A stretch of DNA of 62,937 nt, filler included, from Cercozoa sp. M6MM (lineage: Eukaryota > Protista > Endomyxa: Ascetosporea): NCBI GenBank assembly GCA_040357565.1. It is 13 parts of 13 records of this genome, joined end to end, with 100 filler letters (N's around TTAATTAATTAA, not from the genome) between each part and the next. Parts side by side here need not be neighbours in the genome. Positions count along the whole stretch, not along the records: positions 53,143 to 55,083 come from JBDODJ010001881.1; positions 55,184 to 62,937 come from JBDODJ010000599.1; 11 more parts are not named here. One strand, written 5' to 3'. Shown piece by piece: positions 53,143 through 62,937 of the stretch. Position 1 is the first letter of the stretch, and the number at the start of each line of letters is the position of its first letter. The position numbers and the translations under genes are program-made. Under the pieces are notes generated by a model. That model ran no database searches. It was not told the origin of the DNA and saw only the letters and a list, made by a program, of their open reading frames with translations.

Positions 53143-54502
53143 CCATTCGGTGTTGGTCCTCCTGCCGCACTCGAGTTTACCCCCCTCCCCCTTTACCCAT
53201 TCCCAGTAGACCAAAGGTACAACAAAGCAACGGCGGCCTGGAGATCGCCGTAGTCGGCGTGGTCACTCTGTACACACAGAAGAGGGTAGGGGGGGTAAAA
53301 GGGAGGGGTAAAGGGGGGCAAAACCGCCGTGTGACGCAGCAGCTCGGACAGCAGCAGAATGTAGCGCGGCAATCGCTGCACCGGCGCTATCATCAGTCTC
53401 CGCAGACCCGACAATGTCAGTGCTGGGGGGTAAACAGGGGGGTAAACAGGGGGGTAAACAGGGGTAAACAGGGGGGTAAAGCTACGCTCGCGTGCCGTCT
53501 TGTTTTGCTTCTTCATGAGTTTCTTCACTGCCGACGCTTTCTGTACAAACACCAGGGGAGGGAGGGGGTAGAGGGGTAAAAGAAAGAGGTGTTAGAGAGA
53601 GGCAAAAGGGGTAAGGGAAGGGGTAAAAGGGGGAGTAAACAAGGGGAGTAAACAGGGGGGGGGGTAAACAGGGGGGTAAACAGGGGTAAAACCTCGGCAA
53701 ACGCGAGTGCGCGATCATGCCGCGCGCAGAACTTTTTGTACAATTTCAAAAACGGTCCTGCGGGGTTAAGGGGGGAAACAGAGGGATGAAAAGGTAATCA
53801 AGGGGGAATAAGGTAATTAAGAAAGTAGTTAAGAGAGTTATAAGGTAAGATGGTCACAGGGGGAGGGGGGTAAACAGAGGGGCAAAACGCAGTGGCACCG
53901 AACTTGAAGAAGATGTCGGCAACACGAGCATTTTCGGGTTCCAACAGCGCCGCTTCGAAAACGTTCGGCAGCGAAGACAGCGTGCCTGTGCGTTTCTTCT
54001 GTGACCACGCGGAGGGGGGGGGGCTCTAAGGAGGTCCTTTAAAACATAGGAGGCAAGATCATAGCACCTGCTTTGGTAGTGATGAAAAGTCGATCAGTCC
54101 TGTCGGGTAACGGTTGGCGCGCCCCGCCCCCCCAAAAAGTGTAAAGCAGGGGAGGGGTAATGGGCAAAGGGGATAAAGTACGTCCAATCAGATGGTCCAA
54201 CAACTGCCGGTGCAAGGACGAAATCAACGACACTTCGTCACTAAAACTTCCCCATTTTAATAAAGACAAGAAACGTAGGACACTAACGTACCCAAATAAC
54301 TGCTCCGCACCAGCAGCATCAAGCTTCTTTAGTGGACGCTGCCACCGTGACTCGAGTTTACTCAGCTGACGCACATACTGTGCTCGCGGAAGCACACAAA
54401 CGAATAATTGCAAAGCAAACAACCAGAAGATCAGCCACAAAAAAAACGCACGCTATGCTCTGTTGTTAGTATCTCACGCAGCACGTCCTCCCTTGCGGGC
54501 AT
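53143..54502 (-). CDS. Dbl-homology (DH) RhoGEF, 3'-truncated
   Basis: MPAREDVLREILTTEHS|YVRQL, FLKLYKKFCARH, LMIAPVQRLPRYILLLSELLRHT and DHADYGDLQAA. Confidence 0.92.
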
Positions 54503-54845
54503 CGCCTGCCTCCGCACACAGCTGCGCACAAGTAGAGCAAGAAAACCCGCCGGTTGACCACTCGCCACGATCACACATTCAGCAAACAATCAGACCAAAC
54601 AGTTTTCATGATACTTGCGCTTTCCCCCTGGCTATTAAATCGACCAAGCAACTTTCAAAGTATAATATAAGCCATTGATGTGGTTTTATTTGATTCTAAA
54701 CTCGATACACGCCAGCTGGCAGGTTTTTATTTTGTGCATCCGGAACGCCGGCCGGAGTGACCTGTTCGCGTCAGTGGCGAGTTTAGAGGCGCGAAAGCCA
54801 CTTTTCGGTCACAGAGTTTGTGTGTACAGGGCGGAAGGCGCAGCA

Positions 54846-55050
54846 ATGTCGGCGGAACAGGTGCTCTAGAATGTGCCAGGAATGGTTTTGGTTTTCTTCC
54901 TGGGGTCTTTGCAAGTCTGGGGGACAGCTGGTGTTCTGAAGCCGGTGTGTGTTGCAGCAGATCGTCACGTCGACGGTGTGTCCGCAAAAGTCGGCGTTCG
55001 ATCCGCGCGAATACCGCGTGCTGCGACTGTCGTCGGGCCTCGATGTCATG
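54846..55050 (+). CDS. M16A (insulysin/nardilysin-like) peptidase, N-terminal exons only
   Basis: MSAEQ|IVTSTVCPQKSAFDPREYRVLRLSSGLDVM matches the KS..D.R.YR...L.NG motif; the contig ends here. Confidence 0.7.
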
Positions 55051-55183
55051 TGTACTGCTGCCTGTGTGTGAGGGGGGGGGGGGNNNNNNNNNNNNNNNNN
55101 NNNNNNNNNNNNNNNNNNNNNNNNNNNTTAATTAATTAANNNNNNNNNNNNNNNNNNNNNNNNNNNNNNNNNNNNNNNNNNNN

Positions 55184-55737
55184 GATTCGCCTCCATGCTC
55201 AGCAGTCTGCCCAGAGCAACATACTTAGCCCCCCTTTACTCCCCCCTTTACCCCCCTCCAGAGGCAAGAAGTACTTGCGAATGAGACGCACGCAACGCAG
55301 ACGCTCTTCCAACGGTCGGTCCTGCAGTACATGGGGTATAGAGGGGGTAGGGGTAAAGAGGGGGGTAGGGGGGTAAAAAGTGTAAACGAAAGGACAGTAC
55401 CGGAGCAATCATAGCGCTGATGCTGTTGCACACGAGAAAAACAACAACAATGAGAAACAACAACAATGAGAAACAACAACAAGAATCCTCTTTTTGTGTG
55501 TCCTACTTTCGCAGACGTTCGGTCGGAAACACCTTGGTCGACAAGAACTGCGAGTGCAACTCCGAGCATCTGCACACCCACTTAAGTAAAAGGGGTAGAG
55601 GGGGGTTAAAGGGAGATTTACTCGCCATCGGACAGAGCGACGGCCTCGGCGGAACCTTCGACCTCCAAATCGCCCACGCCGAGATTGACCTCGTTCTGCT
55701 CCTCCTCGGCGCTGTAGCTGCTGCGGTAGTCCACCAT
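55184..55737 (-). CDS. Hypothetical protein, N-terminal part
   Basis: Short spliced exons MVDYRSSYSAEEEQNEVDL..., DRPLEERLRCVRLIRKYFLP; no family recognised. Confidence 0.45.
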
Positions 55738-55941
55738 TTTCGATCCCTGCCACGGCCACAAGTCCAACAATACAAGGCAACACACTCACCGGCTCACGCA
55801 ACAGCCACGACGCTCCCAAAAACGCACCAAAACACACACGCCGCGGAAAAATATCGCTACTCTAAAAATACAAGTGCACGCTCGTACCGCTAAATGACTA
55901 TCTGAGAGCTCAGAGGTTCTTTAAAACCTGCGGACTATGAC

Positions 55942-57200
55942 TTATGGCTTGCACACCAATTTGGAATGCTGGAGTGCTAGGGTCGATTTTTTAAATTTGT
56001 CCCAACGGGTCCCCCTGAACCGGACAAATGGCCCACCGCCGCCGAGGACCACTGTTGTTGAGCCATTTGCAACGTGAGTGGCGTGAACTGAAGCGCAAGT
56101 AGAGTACAACTGTCTTCGGCTTTCAAGAACGCGATGGTCGGGCATCGTGCACGTAATAGCTGCTGTGTGGCTAGGAGAGGATTCTTAGTAGTTGCAGTTC
56201 AAGTTGTCCGTGTAATCCTATTCACTGATTCCGAGGGTTCTCTCGACTAACAGCAGCGTATCCTCGATCTCACTGCGCAGAAGAGTCATGCCACGCACAG
56301 AAGCAACCTTTGTGACTGACCAGATACCTGAGCTGGTCGTTGAAAGCGTCAATGTTCCGCAGGTTGTCTCCTGAACCAAAAGTCCAGCAAGCATGGGTAG
56401 ATATTTTAAATCCTTGCAACAAGCAGAAGCGTACTCAGTCGCTGAAGTGTCGCCACGAACTGTGTTGCAAGTTCGACCGTCTCCTCTGGCAAACCAAGCT
56501 GTTCGGTTTCACTGAGCAAAAAGCAGCAGTCTCACCGATCGTCTGCCGTGATCGTTTAGACTGCTCTTGCAGTAGTTTCAAGTGCTCCCTATAAGCATAC
56601 GGGTGTCAGTTCACGGACAGCAAGACACACAGCGTGAGACAAATCAGTCACATTGTGTTGCGGGCAGCCGGGACCAGTTCAGCGTCCAGATCCGATGCCA
56701 ACTGTGTCACGGCCGCTACAACAGAAGCACATCGCACTTGCACGCTCTGTGTTACACCGGGTAAGACAGCTCGACGAGAACATGCGTGAACATACCATAA
56801 TCAACTTCGCAGGCTGCACAACATCAGCACGTCTTGTCTCACGTTGAGCCATTAGAAAACAACCACTAAACGCTAGCTGTTCAAGTGGCTTAATCTGCTT
56901 CTGAACAGTCAGAGAGACAGGGGTTTTGTCGAGCGATTTCGAGTTCGGCAAGTCCAATGAAAATTTCAAACGGGTCCCCAGTTCCGCAGCACCAGCACAC
57001 ACCAGAGGCACTCGATCAGCACCAAGGTTAGTGTTGCAGGGTTTTGGGGCTCTATCGACTTGCCGCGCGATGTTGGATTCTGCTTCGATCATGATTTTGC
57101 TGTCACAAAAACTGGATGGATTTTCGCTTGCGTAGTGTCCTAATGTCACGTCGTCGGGATTCGCAGTCATCGCTTGCTCGTCTGGCGAGTCCACCACCAA
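55942..57200 (-). CDS. Hypothetical protein
   Basis: Long first exon (ORF 56679-57200) followed by short exons and introns; boundaries approximate. Confidence 0.4.
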
Positions 57201-57449
57201 AACGACGTCGCAAACAGGTGCGTTTCGATTCGTTTTGTGTGTGCAAAATTTAGTCAGGTCGGATCATTAATTGTAGGAGGATACAGCGAGCACAGGCTCA
57301 GGGAATGGACGGCACAGGCTGCGTGTCGCGGTAAGAACGGACCGGGACAGTAGCAGCGACACAGTGGACAGACACAGGAGGAACAGCAAGTCGCGTCACC
57401 GCAGTGCCAGTGTGTTTGCTTGTCGGTGTGTCATTTTTTCGATCGATAC

Positions 57450-58913
57450 ATGAGGACTCTGGTAGGCGTGAAAGAAGAGGAAATGCCGGCACTCGAACCT
57501 GATTCACCGGCCAAACGCAAGGTATTTACCTCCTTTTTCCCCTTTATACCCTTCATACCCTCCGACACCCTTCGTACCCTTACGGACCCGCCCGTGGCCC
57601 CCCCCCCCCCCCCCAGGTACCACAACAAGCGAGCACGCGACGCGTGAGTTTCGCTTCGTCGCCGCGAATTCTCGGCGAACAGTCTTCGCGGGTTGCTGAG
57701 TTTATTTTACCCTCCTCCCACCCCACCCCTATCCTCCCTCGTAGCCAAGTAGCTCAGCAAGTGCAACAGGCGAAGGCAACATGTACACTCTTCCCTGTTG
57801 TGCCTTGTGTCAGCGTGTACGCACACGTTGTACAGGTGGTCAATCCTGCTGCCGAGCATGGTCAGTTTCACTCGTGAAGTCGCCTCCAATCGCTCCTTGC
57901 CCGGTATGTGCCACTTCACGGGGGAGGGGGGTAAGAGGTTACCTAGGACGGCTAAGAGGGATAAACGAAGGTATATAGCCACATTGCGGGCCGAAGCGGC
58001 GCGTCGCCTGCATTCGGTGTCGGCGCTGAGGCAGAAACGCGATGTCGCACGCACTGAGCTGTCGTACACTTCCCCCTCTGTGTGTGTATGTGTGGGTGTG
58101 CGTATGTGTGTGTGTGTGTGTGTGTGTGTATGGGTGTATGTGCAAAACAGCAAGAGTGTGGCACGACAACGCAGCGTGCAAGAACGTTTGCAGGCGCTGC
58201 GAAACGACGCGACGGCGTCGCAGCTGCTGCGGTGTCGTCAGCGCGAGCAGCAGCAGTTGCGCCAGGTCGACACTCTCCGCCGGCAGCTCGAGGTGCATCC
58301 ACTTTCCCTTCTACCTTTACTCCTACCTTCCCTTCTACCTTTACTCCTACCTTCCCTTCTACCTTTACTTCTACCTGTCCTTCTACCTTTACTCCTACCT
58401 TCCCTCCTGCCTTCCCTTCTACCCTACCCATCCTACTTTCCTTCATTGTTGAACACAGGAGGCGGAAGTTGCCTTGACACAGATGCAGAAGGAAACACAG
58501 GATGCTATGGAGGCGCACAAGTAAACCGATCGACGCACTGAAGCATGTGTGCTTTTGTATGTGTGCGTTGTTGGCGCAGTGCGGCCGACGCCGAGAAACA
58601 ACGTCTGCGGCGACAGCAAGCTGCTCTTGTAGTTCTTTCTTTCAGTCCCAAGTTGCTTGTTCTATTCTGGGGCGGTAATCTGTCCAGGCAACGGAAGTGA
58701 CAGCAGCTAAACATACCATCGAAGAGTCATCGTACGTCTTCTTCCTGTCTTTTTTATGCGTGGCGTGCTGTGTCTCTGAGTTGTGTCTGTATTGATGGAG
58801 ACAGACGACAGGCCGTCGAACAGTTGCGCCACTTTATGAACAAAGCCACCTCCGCCAGCAGTCATGCAAACGGCGCCGAGGATCACGAGACTACTACCAG
58901 CACACCAAACTAG
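57450..58913 (+). CDS. Orphan coiled-coil protein with N-terminal SPAKRK and RRVSF motifs
   Basis: MRTLVGVKEEEMPALEPDSPAKRK|VPQQASTRRVSFASSPR, heptad-rich middle exons, end ...TTTSTPN*. Confidence 0.6.
58305..58430 (+). repeat. Intronic 24-nt pyrimidine-rich tandem repeat (CCTTCTACCTTTACTCCTACCTTC, ~5 copies)
   Basis: Direct inspection. Confidence 0.85.
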
Positions 58914-59548
58914 CGTAGCCGCCTGTCGTTGGCTGTCAACAGTCTGTTACAGCATAAACCACTGTATCCGCGCGGAAGCAACCCAACAACTTAAAAAATC
59001 CTCAAAAGAGGTGTGGAAGATTTTGACGTGTGTTCGCTGGGAAGCCTTGAGCAAGCTTTTTGCAGCTGAACTCAAAGAAGGGCTCTCTCTCGACCAGGGG
59101 CCCTTCTTTTCTTTACTTCCAACCCAATTCCCATCTGACGGGTGACTGTCCCGTCCACCACAAGTGCTTTGCCGCCCAACTGAACCGTTGGGGTAACTCA
59201 TTCTTTCAAACTGACACTTGGCCACTCTTCCTCCAAGAACAGACTTTATTACGTTCCTTAGTTTTTTTGTATCACTGGCAAAGTACCCTTAATTTACCAA
59301 GGCCTGATCCCTATCTGAGAGGGCTGCGGTAACAAGTCACTAGCGCAGCAACGCTCACGTCAACAACTAAGTAAAGTACTGTACGGAACTAACGGAAGTA
59401 CGGCACTTGAAGTACACAGCAGCTCGGCTCCTGCTGTGATCAGTTTACTACTTTTAATATATACTAAACTTCAGCCTTCGGCTCGCGTTTGGTACGAGGA
59501 AATGGCAAAGATTAATCTCATCTGAGGGAGATACAGTAGCTGAGCCTC

Positions 59549-60684
59549 CTAGTCGCGAAACCGGGTCAACGGGTCGTAAGTTTTAGTTGCCGCACTGACT
59601 GCGTTGAAACCGCGAACTCCCGGGACTGTCATCGAAACCGGACGACTGGGATGTGACTCCGAGATCGGCACGGCGGGCAGACTGCGCTCACCGATCGCGC
59701 TTGCTCGCGTTCTCGTGTGCGGCTTGTAAAAGCTCTGCTGGAACTGTGAAAGAGACGCATGAGGAGTATGGAGGCCGGTTGCAGCGCCGGAGTCCAAGGA
59801 GTGCTTGCCAGTGTCGCTGGCAGCAGTGGTGGAACGCGACAAGGCGCTGTTTGAGCGCAGTTGTCGCTCCTTTAGTTGCTCGCACTGCGCGCGCAGCTCG
59901 TCGTTCTCCTTTCGCAGCTTGCGCACCTGTTCGTCCTTCAAGTCGAGAATTTCCTCCATCTTTCGCAGCTTTAGCTTCAGCAACTGTTCAAGCAGAACCG
60001 CATGCGCAGACGCCAGAAAAGCGAAAACGAAGAAACTAACAAAACACGGTGTATTACATTGTTTTCACGGCGAAAGCGATAGCTTTCGGGATCTTCCGGA
60101 GTGGTTGTTTCGGCAGTGTTGTGAATGCTCGGAGCTGCTTGTTGTGACCGAGGGTTTGACGGAGCGAGTGGAATGACCGAGTGGTCGGAAGACTCGGTCG
60201 AGTCGTACTTGTGCGTCGTCGTGGTCGTGTCTGACGAAGAAGCGTAGCTTTGTGTGGCTGCGACGTTGTGAGCAGGCTCCTTATACACCTGGGTCGCTGA
60301 ATGTCTTTGTACTCGCCTTCGACTGTGATGTTGTTTGTGTTTGCCTTCAGTACGCCATTTTTCGAGTGCGCAGCGAATTTGAAGCAAAACTTGCTCAATC
60401 ACTCCGGGTTTCGCGGATGCCAGCGCAGTCAGGGTGTCGTCATCCAGCGAAGCTCCGATGCGAGAGAGCACCTTGCGGTTCAAGGTCTGCCAGTTGTACT
60501 TCTTGGCCGTGACCGAATTAGAGGGCGTGTAGTTGTGCAGCTGCACGAGATGCCCTCCGCCAAAGTGGCGCAGCAACTCGGCCGCCAGCACTCCATCGGA
60601 AAAGTCGCGCTCGATCTTGCGCTTGCGACGCGACAGAGGTGCCGAGTCCACCCACTCGTATACTGCAATAGCATCGTTATCCAT
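59549..60684 (-). CDS. SPEF1: Sperm flagellar protein 1 (SPEF1/CLAMP): CH domain + coiled coil
   Basis: VYEWVDSAPLSRRKRKIERDFSDGVLAAELL...VQLHNYTPSNSVTAKKYNWQTLNRKVL and C-terminal LKLKLRKMEEILDLKDEQV. Confidence 0.92.
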
Positions 60685-60877
60685 CTTTAGAACTCGCTCA
60701 AGTCGGTATACGGTACGAAAACTCTCTCTGGTTTCGCGTCTTTGTTTCCGACATCCGCGCGGAAGCAATGGCGACAAAACTAAAGTGCTCTCACTGTGCC
60801 GGTGCGAGTGCACGTGAAGTTGTCACCGAATCAAAGTTGGTTCCATACAAGACTCAACAAACTAACTGTTGCGAGTT

Positions 60878-62937
60878 CTAGGCAGTGTCCTCGTCGGCGG
60901 GACGCAGGAACTCGGGGAACTCGGCCATGACGTCATCCCAGCACTTGGTGCCGAACACGGTGAGCTGCTGCAGCACCTGCGGCACCTGCGCGATCGGCAC
61001 GCGCACCTGCTTCTGCGTGTCGCGCTCGCGGATCGTGACGGCGTGGTCACTCACGCTGTCGAAGTCGACCATGACGGCGAACGGCGTGCCGATCTCGTCG
61101 GAGCGCGCGTACTTGCGGCCCGGCGCGACACCCGACGTGTCCTTGCTGGCGCGCACGAACGACGTGTTCAGCACGCCCTGGATCTGCTCGGCCAGCGCGC
61201 ACAACTCCGCGTTGTTCGACAGCGACAGCACCGAGGCCTGCGAGGACACAGGGTAGGGTAGGGGTGGGGTAGGGTAGAGCAGGGTAGGATGGGGTGTGGT
61301 AGGGATAGGGCGGGGCATGGGTAGGGATAGGGGTAGGGTAGGGCAGGAGTAGGGATAGGGATAGGGGTAGGGGAGGGGCCGTACCTTGTAGGGCGCCACA
61401 GCAGGCGCGAATCGCATGACAACGCGCTTGGTGTCGACCTGTTGGGTGCCGTCGTCGGCCGTGACAGTGTAGGGCGTGGCGAAGCAGTGCTCCAGCAGCG
61501 CGTACAGGATGCGGCCGATGCCGAAGGAGGGCTCCACCACCTTGGGCGTGAACTCCACAAAGTGCTGCTTCTCGGTACCGACCGTGAGCGACTTGACCAT
61601 GCCACGTGTCACCGTCACCGACTCGTCGCACGTCACCGCCAGCGACGCCTCGCCTTCCGTCTCGAGCTTCTCTGTTGGGAGGGGGTGGGGGGTAGGGGTA
61701 TAGGTGTATGGGGGTAGGGGTATGCCGTATGGTGGGTAGGGGTATAGGGGTATAGGTGTATCGGTGTATGAGAGTAAAGACCAACATGACCTGCGTACCC
61801 ATGAGAGCAGTGGCATCGGCCTCGTTGAGCGATTCGAAAGCTGCGCGCACCGCCTTGACACCCTGGGGGGGGGGGTAAAGAGATAAAGGGTAAAGGGTAA
61901 AGGGATAAAGGGTAAAGCGATAAAGGGTAAAGGGTAAAGAGGTAAAGGGTAAAGAGGTAAAGGGTGCGAGGAGAGGCAAGAGTACCACCGCCGACTTGCG
62001 GAAGGTGGTGCCGATCTCGCGCATGTCGAGCTTGAACTTGACGACGCGCACCTCGCGCGGCGGTCGGAAGACCTTCTGCGCGCGCAGCTTCTTGCTCGTG
62101 GCCTCGGCGTGCTTGTTGAGGTCGTACGCGCTGCGATCGGCGTGTCCGACGCACTCGACCCAGCCGAACGACGTCAGCAGCTCAGCATCCCAGCAGTCCC
62201 TCGAGTAGTGCGCCTTCTCCGTCTCCTGCGGGGAGGGGCATATATATAATACACACATATATATATATACATGTATACCAGGTGCTGACGGAAGCGAATG
62301 CAGTCGGCACGTGCGCCGCACCTGCACAAACCGTCACAACTCAGATAGTCCAGTCAGATAGTCCAGTCAGAGAGTCCAGACAGAGAAGGTGATATCAACA
62401 GGTGATATCAACAGGGAGAAACGCACTTGAGCAAGAAAAGTTGCGTGCGCGCCAGGTAGTACGCCAGCGTCTCGTTGCGCAGCACGCCCTAAACAAAAGA
62501 AAAACAGAACGGGTAGGGGTAAGAGGTAGGGGGCAAGGGAGGGTAAATGCAAACGCTACCTTCTCGAGTGCCTCGCCGATGCTCATCTCCACCGTGTCCT
62601 AAACCTCGGAGGATTAAAGGGGGTAGGGGATAGGGAGGGGGGGGGGGTAGGGTATAAGGGGTAGGGATAAATGGGGTAGGGGTAAGATAGGGTACCGCGC
62701 CGTTCATCTGCATGTCGCGGTCCCAGACGTTGATGCACACGTCACTGACGGTACCAATCTTGGGATGACGGGCAGTCACTGCACACGTGTCCAGTCAAGT
62801 CAGATCAGTGTCCAACCGTTACACATACTCAAACCGACAAAGCGATCAATCAGCGATCAATCGGACAGCAAGGTACCGCCGTCCTCCGTCTCGTCCTCGT
62901 AGTCGCAGAAGTGCTCAATCTCAGCCAGCGTGAACTA
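60878..62937 (-). CDS. GARS1: Glycyl-tRNA synthetase (eukaryotic type), 5'-truncated
   Basis: FTLAEIEHFCD, NETLAYYLAR, AHYSRDCWDAELLTSFGWVECVGHADRSAYDL, VVEPSFGIGRILY and KYARSDEIGTPFAVMVDFDS. Confidence 0.97.

Noticed and set aside
61860-61970. G-rich arrays as true telomeres
   Set aside because: Degenerate, lacking TTAGGG, and lying inside introns of an intact gene.

Overview
This is eukaryotic, intron-rich, gene-dense protist-type genomic DNA, not a prokaryotic window. It is 13 separate scaffold fragments joined by an artificial N44-TTAATTAATTAA-N44 linker (12 copies), so adjacency across linkers means nothing. The ORF track is largely uninformative because genes are split by many ~45-100 nt GT-AG introns; I spliced the genes by eye, so some exon boundaries are approximate. 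Recognisable genes: a membrane protein with a cytochrome b5 domain and a CaaX end, a USP deubiquitinase, prolyl oligopeptidase, an FN3 protein, a C2 / inositol 5-phosphatase / C2 protein, mitochondrial uL1, SRP68, an Rpp38-like L7Ae protein, a KCTD-type BTB protein, HIBCH, USP14, a CK1-family pseudokinase, DHTKD1, copine, DUF2009, a bacterial-type glucokinase, a CDK7-like kinase, TMEM230, BEACH-family and Nup160-like fragments, a CHD6-9-like remodeler, a DH RhoGEF, an M16A peptidase start, SPEF1 and glycyl-tRNA synthetase, plus several orphans. The best candidate for an unusual system is the intron architecture: donors are mostly GTAC with no GTRAG consensus, many introns carry sense-strand C-rich (TACCCC) or (TG)n tracts, and GTAC also clusters in intergenic gaps. 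Other leads are the CK1 pseudokinase, a tRNA-Leu-derived fragment fused to microsatellites, and a possibly tail-anchored glucokinase. No CRISPR array, rRNA or intact transposon was seen.
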